Shown here piece by piece: positions 9,989 to 18,604 of a stretch of DNA of 43,109 bases. The notes beneath the pieces were generated by a model. It was not told the origin of the DNA and made no database searches. It saw nothing but the letters and a program-made list of their open reading frames with translations. Made by a program: the position numbers and the translations under genes. Source of the DNA: Candidatus Omnitrophota bacterium (GTDB lineage: Bacteria; Ratteibacteria; UBA8468; MWAK01). Location: contig JAZDPL010000006.1 in the NCBI GenBank assembly GCA_043797665.1, forward strand, positions 1 to 43,109. The letters run 5' to 3'. The number at the start of each line of letters is the position of its first letter. Within the stretch, counting starts at the first letter, position 1.

Positions 9989-10688
9989 AAAGGCCCCTGC
10001 CACGGCATACCTGCCCCCTGTCATTCCCGCATGCTGTAAGCGGGAATCCAGAGGGTTTACTTTAATGGAACTTTTAATCTGTTCCGCGATTTTAGTTATC
10101 TTAATGGCATTAATCACGGTTTTGTATAGCCGAGCCGTAAAGATTCAGCGCCTTACGATGCGGAACCGCAATGTTCAAGAAGTCGTCGCGACGCAGATGA
10201 TAGACACGTTCTTAAACGGCGGGAAGACTTTGTCTGACGGTCTAACGTACGCCACCAGAATTGAGGCGATTGACGAAACTAACGGAGATTCACCACTCTA
10301 TGTCACTTTTGCAAACTACAGTGACATAGTAAATAATAGCTATGTCCGGATTGAAATTGGAACTGAAAACTCCGTTACCACAGACACCACTCTCTATCAA
10401 AAAACCGCGTTGATATCAGGAGAATGGCCACCAGGCTCCTGGACAACAACCAAGAACTTAGACCAAAACGACAAGATTAATCTTGAAAGTGGTTCCTGGT
10501 TTGGCTGTTATGACTTAGAAGATAAAAACATCTTTGATGTCTCTGCCTACAATACAACCGAAAAACGAAGGGCGGCTACCTCAAAAGTAGAAATTTGCCT
10601 CAAAGCCAAAGATAAATCTATGCCGGAGGGTATAGCCTTTATCCTGCGCCGAATTATCACCATCCGAAACATATATCATATTGATTAA
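9975..10688 (+). CDS. PilW/GspJ-like minor pilin
   Basis: SRG|FTLMELLICSAILVIL; ATG 9975 overlaps the 3' end of the previous gene; C-terminal ITIRN. Confidence 0.75.
   Translation: MERYKKAPATAYLPPVIPACCKRESRGFTLMELLICSAILVILMALITVLYSRAVKIQRLTMRNRNVQEVVATQMIDTFLNGGKTLSDGLTYATRIEAIDETNGDSPLYVTFANYSDIVNNSYVRIEIGTENSVTTDTTLYQKTALISGEWPPGSWTTTKNLDQNDKINLESGSWFGCYDLEDKNIFDVSAYNTTEKRRAATSKVEICLKAKDKSMPEGIAFILRRIITIRNIYHID
10019..10050 (+). repeat. Family C unit inside prepilin leader
   Basis: TGTCATTCCCGCATGCTGTAAGCGGGAATCCA encodes VIPACCKRES immediately before RG|FTLME. Confidence 0.9.
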
Positions 10689-10716
10689 ACGCAAAATAGG
10701 TGGTACGGGAGAAAAA

Positions 10717-11142
10717 ATGAACAAGATAAAAGGTTCCCTTTTACTTTTGACGCTTCTTCTGCTGAGCAATTCCTCTATCTTGCATTCGCAAGAAGTAGCC
10801 GCCCTCCCAGAAGAACTTACCGGCGAGGTACTTTACGAACAGGGGATGGCCCTCTTTAAACAGGAAAAGTACCAACAGACCATCTATGAAAAAGAAGTAA
10901 CCGTGGAGATGAAGGTGGTGGATTCCTACAATTCCGGCAAGGCCTGTTTCTTCAACTCTCATTCCAACTGGAAGAAATACTTTACCGCAGTAATATTCCG
11001 GTCGGACTTCCATAAGTTTTCTTCAGAACCAGAAAATTATTATTATAACAAAAAGATAAGAGTCTCCGGGGTTCTTAAGGAATATAAAGGAAAACCGGAG
11101 ATAATAGTCAAAACCCCGGACCAAATTGAAATAATAAAGTAG
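10717..11142 (+). CDS. Secreted protein: partial TPR-like helix fused to an OB-fold nucleic-acid-binding-like domain
   Basis: Signal peptide; LYEQGMALFKQEKYQQ; FTAVIF..KIRVSGVLKEYKGKPEIIV..PDQI; GGGAGA RBS. Confidence 0.55.
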   Translation: MNKIKGSLLLLTLLLLSNSSILHSQEVAALPEELTGEVLYEQGMALFKQEKYQQTIYEKEVTVEMKVVDSYNSGKACFFNSHSNWKKYFTAVIFRSDFHKFSSEPENYYYNKKIRVSGVLKEYKGKPEIIVKTPDQIEIIK

Positions 11143-11162
11143 GGGAAAAATCGGCATAAAGA

Positions 11163-11356
11163 GAGATTCTTCGCCCCTGACAGTTACATTCAGTGGCTCA
11201 GAATGACAAGGTAGTTTTAGATTCCTGCTAAAGACATACCCCGAATGACAGAGGGGAAGGGATTGCCACGCCCTGTAGTGGAGCCTTTGGCACACTACAG
11301 GGCTCGCAATGACAAATCCGCAGGCTGAAGCCTGCGACTACCAAAACAGGAATGAC
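11163..11356 (-). repeat. Mosaic REP cluster (BIME-like): three co-oriented family C units, one family B unit and a partial C end
   Basis: Units 11163-11208, 11218-11250 and 11259-11314 all end AATGACA; family B at 11319-11341; CAGGAATGAC at ~11347-11356. Confidence 0.85.
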
Positions 11357-11364
11357 GTTTTTCT

Positions 11365-11592
11365 ATGGATGCGTTTGAGATTACTGAGTTAATCACCGGA
11401 GTGATTATGCTGGTGGCTGGAGGATTATGCCTATGGAAACCGGAAAGGGCGGCGGGAATTGACAGGAAGTGCCTTCCGAAAGTCGCACGACGGGGACAGG
11501 GCGCAACACCGATTCAGGAAAAGTTACTTTTTCGGCTCACCGGCGCAGGGCTGGTGGCGCTGGGGCTAACATTATTAAAAGAAATCTTTTAA
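11365..11592 (+). CDS. Small hypothetical membrane protein
   Basis: 75 aa with two hydrophobic segments; fills an otherwise empty gap. Confidence 0.5.
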   Translation: MDAFEITELITGVIMLVAGGLCLWKPERAAGIDRKCLPKVARRGQGATPIQEKLLFRLTGAGLVALGLTLLKEIF

Positions 11593-11634
11593 TAAGCAGA
11601 CTAAAGTTTGTGACTAAGATTTCTAAAATCGTTC

Positions 11635-11946
11635 TTAATGGCTTAGCCTTTTATAGGTAGCATCCTTTCGCCGGGCTATTAACTCCACTTGAATCACTCT
11701 TTCCTTTGTGTCCAGAGAGAAGACTATTCGAATATCACCAAATTTCATTCGATATTTACCTCTTAACCGTTGTTCCATAAGGGGAATTACCTGCGGATGG
11801 ATGAGAGGATTCTGGAGGGGTACTAATTCTTCAACCTTGGTGAGAATTTTAACCTGCTCTTTTTTATTGAACGCTCTCTTTACAAGTTCTACAAAATCGT
11901 CCGGATATCTAATCTGCCAGCCCGAGCCTTCTTTTGAGTTCGTCAT
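11635..11946 (-). CDS. RelE/ParE family type II toxin
   Basis: WQIRY N-terminus; YRMKFGDIRIVFSLD..VIQVELIARRKDATY; overlaps the upstream antitoxin. Confidence 0.8.
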   Translation of the reverse strand: MTNSKEGSGWQIRYPDDFVELVKRAFNKKEQVKILTKVEELVPLQNPLIHPQVIPLMEQRLRGKYRMKFGDIRIVFSLDTKERVIQVELIARRKDATYKRLSH

Positions 11947-12166
11947 GGGTTAGCGTTTCACCTCTTTTAAACTTAACCGCGCTTTTCTGGATAATATCAA
12001 CCCAATCCGGCCGGGCCAGAATCTCTAAAGATTCTTCCTGGTGGGAAACGTACGTGGCTATTGCTTCCTCAAAAATATCTTTGACCTTTTTGTTCTCAAG
12101 AACCGCGAGTAAACGAACCATCTTGGCACTCTCCGGTGAAATTTTAATGCACATCGTCGTTTCCAT
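11909..12166 (-). CDS. Antitoxin (RHH/RelB-like)
   Basis: 85 aa; N-terminal beta-strand plus helices; ESLEIL..GETLTHDELKRRLGL C-terminus typical of RelE partners; AGGAAGGAG RBS. Confidence 0.75.
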   Translation of the reverse strand: METTMCIKISPESAKMVRLLAVLENKKVKDIFEEAIATYVSHQEESLEILARPDWVDIIQKSAVKFKRGETLTHDELKRRLGLAD

Positions 12167-12205
12167 ACCTGCTCCTTCCTTAGTTCCTATATTTATATAT
12201 ATATT

Positions 12206-12234
12206 ATTTTATTACTTCTATAAATTTTTGTCAA
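12206..12234 (-). promoter_or_regulatory. Sigma70 promoter of the TA operon
   Basis: Minus strand TTGACA (12234-12229)-N17-TAAAAT (12211-12206). Confidence 0.7.
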
Positions 12235-14926
12235 TGTCATGACAAGTGGTGTTTTTCAACCGTTTGACTAATTCCATTGCCCAGAGGGGAAAGGAGGAGA
12301 TGGCGATAACCAGGAGCCAGGCAGGCCCGCTTAAAGGCTCGGTCTTGAATACTCCCTGCAAAAACGGCACGTAGACCGCCGCCATCTGCAACAGGAAAGA
12401 AAAGACGATTGCCAGTAACAGTTTCTTGTTGGTAAACAAGCCTATCTTAAACAGGGATTCGGTCATATTCCGGCAGTTGAAGGAATGGAATAGTTGGCTG
12501 ACGGCAAGGACGACAAAGGCGGCTGTCCTGGCCTCGGTAATTCCTCCCCTTTCCACAAAAAGGACAAAACAGAAAGATAGAAGACTGCAAAAAGCGATAA
12601 AACCACCCTGGACCAGCATTAAATACGACTGGGTTTTGGTCACCACTTTTTCGTTGACCGGCCGGGGCGGACGTTTCATAACGTCGGATTCAATCGGTTC
12701 AACCCCTAAAGCCAGAGCGGGAAACCCGTCGGTTACCAGGTTAACCCAGAGTATCTGAATCGGAAGGAGCGGAACCGGCAGACCGAAGAGGGAGGCGACG
12801 AACATAACCAGTATCTCGCCGGCATTGCAGGAGAGGAGATAATGGACGAATTTCCTGATGTTGTCGTAGATGCCCCGGCCCTCTCTTACCGCAGAGACAA
12901 TGGAGGCGAAGTTGTCATCGGTGATTACCATCCCGGCGACCTCTTTGGTAACGTCGGTACCGGTTATTCCCATCGCGCAGCCGATATCCGCCTCTTTTAC
13001 CGCGGGTGCATCGTTGACCCCGTCGCCGGTCATCGCCACCACTTCGTTGTGCGCCTGCCAGGCGCGGACAATCCTTAACTTGTGTTCCGGAGAGACCCGG
13101 GCATAAACCGGGATATTCTTTACTCTTTCTTTAAGTTCCGCGTCGCTCAGACGGTCTAATTCTTCCCCGGTCAAAGATAGGGAACCTTCCTCAAAAAATC
13201 CCAGATGCCGGGCTATCGCGACCGCGGTGTTTTTGTGGTCTCCGGTAATCATCACGGTTTTGATGCCGGCGGCATTACACTCTTCAATCGCTCTTTTTAC
13301 CTCTTCTCTGGCCGGGTCAATCATCGCGATCAGGCCCAGGAAAGTCAGTCCTCTTTCAATCAGTCCGGATTCATCCTGGGAAGGGAGGCTGTCCAGAACC
13401 CGGCAGGCAACTCCCAAAACCCGCATCGCTGAATCGGTTAATCCGTTGTTAGCCTTAAGAATATTTTCCCGGTCTTCTTCGGTTAATCCGCGTCTTATCC
13501 CCTTTTCTTCAATGTCAACGCAGTCGTTCAGAAGAACGTCCGGCGCACCCTTGACGAAGGCGACAAACCTTTCTTTCTCCCGGCGCACCACCGTCATCTT
13601 CTTCCGCTCGGAATCGAAGGGGAGTTCATCAATGAAAGTATATTCCTTCTCTGCTTCTTCTTTCCATATCCCGGCTTTGGCGGAGAGAGTCAAAATCGCA
13701 CCCTCGGTCGGGTCACCCACAATCCGGTAGCCTCCGTTATCTTTTACCAGTTGGGCGCCATTGCACAATACGCCGGCGAGCAATGCTTTACTCAAACCAG
13801 GATAAAGGGAAAGAGATATTGGCTCTTCGCTGAGTAAAAATTCTCCTTGTGGGTCATAACCGATGCCGGTTACTTTAAATAACCGGTTGTCCGCAAAGAC
13901 CGCCTGAACGGTCATTTCGTTTTTGGTCAGAGTTCCGGTCTTGTCCGAACAGATAACCGTCGCGCATCCTAAGGTCTCTACCGCAGAAAGTCTTCTAATC
14001 AGGACATTCCTCTTTATCATCCTCTGGACGCCCAAAGATAGGACGATGGTAACCACTGCGGGAAGTCCTTCCGGAATTGCCGCCACCGCTAAACTGACTG
14101 CGGTCAAAAACATATTCAGGAAACTTCCCCCGCGCAGAATGCCCAGGAGAAACACCATACTGACCAGGACAAAACAGAGATAGACTATCCACTTACCAAA
14201 TTCCTCTAACTTTCTCTGCAAAGGAGTGGACTCCTGCTCAATCTCCTGAATCATTCCGGCAATTTTGCCCAACTCGGTATTCATGCCGGTTTCCACTACC
14301 AGAGCCTTTGCCTTGCCGGAAGCGACCGAGGTCCCCAGATAGGCCATATTGGCTCTTTCCGCCAGGGGAACCTCCTTTTCATTCAAAGGATGGGAGGTCT
14401 TTATTACCGGCGTTGACTCTCCGGTGAGGCTGGCTTCCTGAACGCTGAAGTTGGCGCTCAGCCAAAGGAGACGGCTGTCTGCGGGAACGTGGTCGCCGGA
14501 TTCCAATTCAATTATGTCACCCGGCACCAATTCTGCGGAAGGAATGAGTAAACGTTGACCGTCGCGGATAGTTTTTGAGAAAGGTGCGGATAATTCCTTT
14601 AATGCAGATAATGACTTCTCGGCTTTATACTCCTGGATAAAACCCAGGATGGCATTCAGGATAATAATTACGATTATCGCTAACGCATCAACCCATTCTT
14701 GCAGGAAAAATGAAACTAAACTGGCACCAATCAGAACCCAGATGATAAGGTCCCGGAACTGCCCATAGAAAATACGAAAAGCAGAATGTCCCCTTTTTTC
14801 TTTTAACTGGTTGGGACCAATCTTATCCCGGCGCAGACGGACTTCTGAAGATGTAAGCCCTTTTTCCGAATCAGCGCCAAGACCATTGATTACTTCCTGA
14901 ATACTCATCTGCCACCAGGGTTTCAT
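12218..14926 (-). CDS. P-type ATPase, Ca2+-transporting (type IIA, SERCA/PMR1-like)
   Basis: LTGES, IPEGLP, CSDKTGTLT, KGAPD, MITGD, MTGDGVNDAPA, WVNLVTDGFPALAL. Confidence 0.95.
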   Translation of the reverse strand: MKPWWQMSIQEVINGLGADSEKGLTSSEVRLRRDKIGPNQLKEKRGHSAFRIFYGQFRDLIIWVLIGASLVSFFLQEWVDALAIIVIIILNAILGFIQEYKAEKSLSALKELSAPFSKTIRDGQRLLIPSAELVPGDIIELESGDHVPADSRLLWLSANFSVQEASLTGESTPVIKTSHPLNEKEVPLAERANMAYLGTSVASGKAKALVVETGMNTELGKIAGMIQEIEQESTPLQRKLEEFGKWIVYLCFVLVSMVFLLGILRGGSFLNMFLTAVSLAVAAIPEGLPAVVTIVLSLGVQRMIKRNVLIRRLSAVETLGCATVICSDKTGTLTKNEMTVQAVFADNRLFKVTGIGYDPQGEFLLSEEPISLSLYPGLSKALLAGVLCNGAQLVKDNGGYRIVGDPTEGAILTLSAKAGIWKEEAEKEYTFIDELPFDSERKKMTVVRREKERFVAFVKGAPDVLLNDCVDIEEKGIRRGLTEEDRENILKANNGLTDSAMRVLGVACRVLDSLPSQDESGLIERGLTFLGLIAMIDPAREEVKRAIEECNAAGIKTVMITGDHKNTAVAIARHLGFFEEGSLSLTGEELDRLSDAELKERVKNIPVYARVSPEHKLRIVRAWQAHNEVVAMTGDGVNDAPAVKEADIGCAMGITGTDVTKEVAGMVITDDNFASIVSAVREGRGIYDNIRKFVHYLLSCNAGEILVMFVASLFGLPVPLLPIQILWVNLVTDGFPALALGVEPIESDVMKRPPRPVNEKVVTKTQSYLMLVQGGFIAFCSLLSFCFVLFVERGGITEARTAAFVVLAVSQLFHSFNCRNMTESLFKIGLFTNKKLLLAIVFSFLLQMAAVYVPFLQGVFKTEPLSGPAWLLVIAISSFPLWAMELVKRLKNTTCHDIDKNL

Positions 14927-14963
14927 CTCCTGTATTTTAGCATAATAAAAGAAATTCGAAAAA

Positions 14964-15034
14964 AATCCCCCTAAATCCCCCTTTTACAAAGGGAGAGACT
15001 CCCCTCTTTAGAAAAGAGGGGTCGGGGGAGATTT
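14964..15034. repeat. C-run/G-run hairpin repeat (family D)
   Basis: AATCCCCCTAAATCCCCCTTTTACAAAGGG..CCCCTCTTTAGAAAAGAGGGGTCGGGGGAGATTT; related hairpin at 16806-16862. Confidence 0.7.
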
Positions 15035-15099
15035 TCTGTTCGCCGAAGGCAATTGACTTGTCTGGATTAAAAGCCGCCGGATATGGTAAAATAAAAAAG

Positions 15100-15603
15100 A
15101 TGGGAAAAGAGGTGGTCTACCCGGGCAGTTTTGACCCAGTTACGTTAGGACATTCAGATTTAATCAAGCGGGCGCGTACTATCTTTGACCGGGTGGTGGT
15201 TGCGGTGGCTGACAATTCCGAAAAGAAACCAATCTTCAGTCGGGAAGAAAGGCTGCAGATTTTGAGAGAAATAACCCGGGATATTCCCGGGGTTGAAATT
15301 GACTATTTTTCCGGTCTTCTGGTAGACTACCTGAAGAAGAAAGGGATAAAGACAATCCTGCGGGGTCTGCGGGCGGTCTCTGATTTTGATTACGAATTTC
15401 AGATGGTCCTGACCAACCGCCGGTTAGCACCCGAAATAGAGACGGTCTTCCTGATGCCGCAGGAAGACTACTTCTTCTTAAGTTCCAGTTTGATAAAGGA
15501 GATTGCCCATTTGGGTGCGGACCTCTCTGCTTTTGTGCCCAAAGCGGTAGAGAAAGCACTAAAAGAAAAGTTGGAGGTGAAAAATGCCAAATCCTTTCCG
15601 TAA
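15100..15603 (+). CDS. coaD: Phosphopantetheine adenylyltransferase
   Basis: [37 protein letters not shown]. Confidence 0.96.
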   Translation: MGKEVVYPGSFDPVTLGHSDLIKRARTIFDRVVVAVADNSEKKPIFSREERLQILREITRDIPGVEIDYFSGLLVDYLKKKGIKTILRGLRAVSDFDYEFQMVLTNRRLAPEIETVFLMPQEDYFFLSSSLIKEIAHLGADLSAFVPKAVEKALKEKLEVKNAKSFP

Positions 15604-15772
15604 GCATTCCCATTCGGCCAGCGCAAAACGCCGCCGGGCAAACCCTTTGGAAATACCCGGCTTAACCAAATGCAGTAACTGCGGGGAAGTCGTTCTGCCG
15701 CACCAGGTATGTCCGGATTGCGGTTATTACCGGGGCCGGCCAGTGGTGATAATGAAAACCAAGGGTAAATAA
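15584..15772 (+). CDS. rpmF: 50S ribosomal protein L32
   Basis: MPNP.RKHS....[33 protein letters not shown]. Confidence 0.95.
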   Translation: MPNPFRKHSHSASAKRRRANPLEIPGLTKCSNCGEVVLPHQVCPDCGYYRGRPVVIMKTKGK

Positions 15773-15783
15773 TAATTCTGTCT

Positions 15784-16746
15784 ATGGTACGGGTTGCGAT
15801 TGACCTGGCCGGAAGCGAAAAAGGAGCCCGGGAAGTACTGTCCGGCGCTAAAGCGGCGCTCAATGACGGCGGTTTAGAAATAACCCTGGTGGGACAGCGT
15901 GCCGCCGTAGCAGGCGAAGACCTCTCAGTCTTTTCTTTTGTGGAGGCGCCGCTGGCGATTCCGATGGCGGAAAAGGTCACCCGGGAACTCCTGCGCAATC
16001 CGGACAGTTCTTTATTCCAGATTGTCCGCCTGGTAAAAGAAGGGAAAGTAGACGCTGCGGTAAGCGGCGGAAATACCGCCTGTTTTGTGGCACTTGCCAC
16101 GTCCCTTCTGGGAACCGTTCCCGGTGTTGACCGACCCGGCATCGCCATCTTCTTACCTAAAACCTCCGGCTCCACCATCCTCATTGATGCCGGCGCTAAT
16201 ACTACTACTATCTCTAAACATCTGGTTTCCTACGCAATAATGGGCAGTTACCTCTACCGGGCAATCTTTAAAAAGGAAAATCCCCGGGTTGGCTTACTCA
16301 ACGTCGGTGAAGAAGAAACGAAAGGCAACGACCTCTACCGGGAGGCACACACCCTCTTAAAAACAAATCCGAAAATAACGTTTATCGGGAACGTGGAGGG
16401 ACATGATATTCTTGAACCAAAAGTTGACGTAGTGGTGGCTGACGGATTTACCGGTAACTGTATCCTTAAAACGATCGAAGGGGTCGCGGAAGATTTTGCC
16501 GGTTTTCTGAAGCAGGAAGTGACGAAAAAGGGATTGGACAAGGACCCGGAAATTGCTGAACTGGTCAGCGGTTCTGTCCGCCGGGCTGATTTTGCGGAGC
16601 ACAGCGGCGGTTTTTTGATGGGTGTGGAAGGAATCTGCATTATCATCCACGGCCGTTCTGCGGCTGAGGCTAACCGGAAAGCCATCCTGCGCGCAAAAGA
16701 AGCGGTTACCCAGAACCTGATGTCAAACCTGCACCACGTATTTTAG
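15784..16746 (+). CDS. plsX: Phosphate acyltransferase
   Basis: Follows rpmF; GVDRPGI, DAGAN, PRVGLLNVGEEETKGN, FIGNVEG, DGFTGN, HGRS. Confidence 0.92.
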   Translation: MVRVAIDLAGSEKGAREVLSGAKAALNDGGLEITLVGQRAAVAGEDLSVFSFVEAPLAIPMAEKVTRELLRNPDSSLFQIVRLVKEGKVDAAVSGGNTACFVALATSLLGTVPGVDRPGIAIFLPKTSGSTILIDAGANTTTISKHLVSYAIMGSYLYRAIFKKENPRVGLLNVGEEETKGNDLYREAHTLLKTNPKITFIGNVEGHDILEPKVDVVVADGFTGNCILKTIEGVAEDFAGFLKQEVTKKGLDKDPEIAELVSGSVRRADFAEHSGGFLMGVEGICIIIHGRSAAEANRKAILRAKEAVTQNLMSNLHHVF

Positions 16747-16782
16747 CAAATAAGGGTGGGGTTCCACGGTCACCCGAAACAT

Positions 16783-16862
16783 GTAGGGCAAGGCTTTAGC
16801 CTTGCATTCCCCACATTCCCCTTTTTGTAAAAGGGGTGGCAGCCGAAGGCTGACGGGGTATT
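16783..16862. repeat. Family B variant plus family D-like hairpin
   Basis: GTAGGGCAAGGCTTTAGCCTTGC; CCCCTTTTTGTAAAAGGGG; CAGCCGAAGGCTG. Confidence 0.7.
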
Positions 16863-16886
16863 CCTTCCCCTTCCAGATTTTACAGC

Positions 16887-17399
16887 ATGGAAAAACTGAA
16901 ACTACGGTATTATCCGGATGCGGTATTAAAAAGAGAAGCCGAAAAAATTAAGAAGTTTGACGCCGAGATTGAAATCCTGGCACAGGAGATGATTTCAGTA
17001 ATGCAGGAAGCCAAAGGGGTGGGACTGGCCGGTAATCAGGTGGGGAAGTTAAAACGTATCATAGTAATCGGAATTATCCCGGAAATTCTGGACGAACCGC
17101 TTGTCCTGCTCAATCCGGAGATAAAAAAGATGGAAGGCTTATTGGTGGAAGAAGAAGGCTGTCTTTCCTTTCCGGGTGTTTTCGCTTCGGTCCGGCGCCA
17201 CCTTATGGTTCGCGCCAATTTCCGGAACCTGGCCGGCGAGAAGATGCAGATAGACGCAAAAGGAACCCTGGCCCGGATTATTCAACACGAGATGGACCAC
17301 CTCAACGGGGTTCTCTACCCGGACCGCCTGCCGTTCTTCGCGCGAAAAAAACTCCTCAGGGATTACCGGCAGAAAAGAAAAACAGTGAATACTCAGTGA
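16887..17399 (+). CDS. def: Peptide deformylase
   Basis: GVGLAGNQVG, EGCLSFP, QHEMDHLNG. Confidence 0.96.
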   Translation: MEKLKLRYYPDAVLKREAEKIKKFDAEIEILAQEMISVMQEAKGVGLAGNQVGKLKRIIVIGIIPEILDEPLVLLNPEIKKMEGLLVEEEGCLSFPGVFASVRRHLMVRANFRNLAGEKMQIDAKGTLARIIQHEMDHLNGVLYPDRLPFFARKKLLRDYRQKRKTVNTQ

Positions 17400-17414
17400 A
17401 CGCCGTTCTTTCTC

Positions 17415-17473
17415 TGTCATTCCCGCATGTGCCTGCCCCTGCATGCGGTAAGCAGGGGTTAATCGGGAATCCA
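17415..17473 (+). repeat. Family C unit with nested internal hairpin
   Basis: TGTCATTCCCG...CCCCTGC-atgcggtaa-GCAGGGG...CGGGAATCCA at the left edge of the catabolic island. Confidence 0.8.
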
Positions 17474-17543
17474 TCGGCATATGCCCGCAAAATCAACTCC
17501 AGCGCGCCGACATGCTTGTCAAACGGGTCTCGGACATACCTGT

Positions 17544-18596
17544 ATGAACAGAACCATCAAAGCCGTCGTGTTTGAAAAACCCGGTCAGATTACGCTGAAA
17601 ACCTTCCATTTACCACCCTGCGGTCCGGAAGAAATCATCTGTAAAACAATTTACAGTTTTGTCTCTCCGGGCACGGAACTTCGCATTCTTGGCGGACAAA
17701 AAGAATCAAAAGGACGTTTCCCGCTTATCCCCGGGTATGCCTGGGTAGGCCGTGTGGTGGAAACCGGCGCGAATCTCAGGGGCTGGGATGTCGGCGAAAT
17801 GGTAACCGGCCGCAACCCCTTACCCGTTCCGGGCATCAATGCGCTCTGGGGCGGACAGGCCAGCCTTCACCGGGTAGAAGTATCCGGCTACGACTGCGTC
17901 TTGAAACTTCCTGCGGACGCCGACCCCTGGCATTATGTTCACGCGGAAGTGGCGGCCATCAGCTGGCGCGGCACAAGCATCGCCTATCCCGCCCCGGGTG
18001 AAACAGCGGTAGTAATCGGACAGGGCATCATCGGCGCCTTCGCCGCCAGATGGCTTATTTATCACAAAACAAAGGTCATGGTGGTTGACCTGGAAGAATC
18101 CCGCCTCAAGCAAGCCCGCAAGTGGGGGGCTGCAGCCGCCTTCAACGGCCGGGAACCCGATGTCCGGGAACAAATACTGAACCGGTGTCCAGGCGGTGTT
18201 GATATCGTTATTGAAGCCTCCGCCAGTCTCTCCGGCGTTAAACTGGCCGGTTCTCTCCTGAGGCAGCCGGCCCCCAGAGTTCTGAGTTCAAACTATCCAA
18301 TTGCGGATATGCATACCAATGCCCACCTGTGGCCGCGCCTGGTCTTACTGGCCACCTACTCGCAGACGTTGGAAACCGAACCCGGCGGGCTGTTCAACAC
18401 TGAGGGGGCTGTGGTCCTGAAACCGGGGGACCGAACCGTAGGAGACCGGCGGGAAGTGATTGAACGCATACGCTGCGGTGATTTACCGATAAGCGATATC
18501 GTTGAGGCGCCGGTACCGGTGGAGGATGCGCCGGCCGCTTACGCCCGATTGCGCGACAATCCGGCACAACACAACGCGCTGGCTTTTCGCTGGTAA
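17544..18596 (+). CDS. MDR-superfamily oxidoreductase (alcohol dehydrogenase-like, canonical Zn ligands absent)
   Basis: KAVVFEKPGQI, SFVSPGTE, PGYAWVGRV, VIGQGIIG, VDIVIEAS. Confidence 0.8.
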   Translation: MNRTIKAVVFEKPGQITLKTFHLPPCGPEEIICKTIYSFVSPGTELRILGGQKESKGRFPLIPGYAWVGRVVETGANLRGWDVGEMVTGRNPLPVPGINALWGGQASLHRVEVSGYDCVLKLPADADPWHYVHAEVAAISWRGTSIAYPAPGETAVVIGQGIIGAFAARWLIYHKTKVMVVDLEESRLKQARKWGAAAAFNGREPDVREQILNRCPGGVDIVIEASASLSGVKLAGSLLRQPAPRVLSSNYPIADMHTNAHLWPRLVLLATYSQTLETEPGGLFNTEGAVVLKPGDRTVGDRREVIERIRCGDLPISDIVEAPVPVEDAPAAYARLRDNPAQHNALAFRW

Positions 18597-18604
18597 ACAC
18601 GATT

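Noticed and set aside
11163..11356. Possible CRISPR array
   Set aside because: Units differ in length and sequence, spacers are not uniform, and no cas genes are present
17474..17543. Possible remnant of an AraC-type C-terminus (PSAYAR) before the MDR gene
   Set aside because: Too short and partly derived from the repeat end; not supportable
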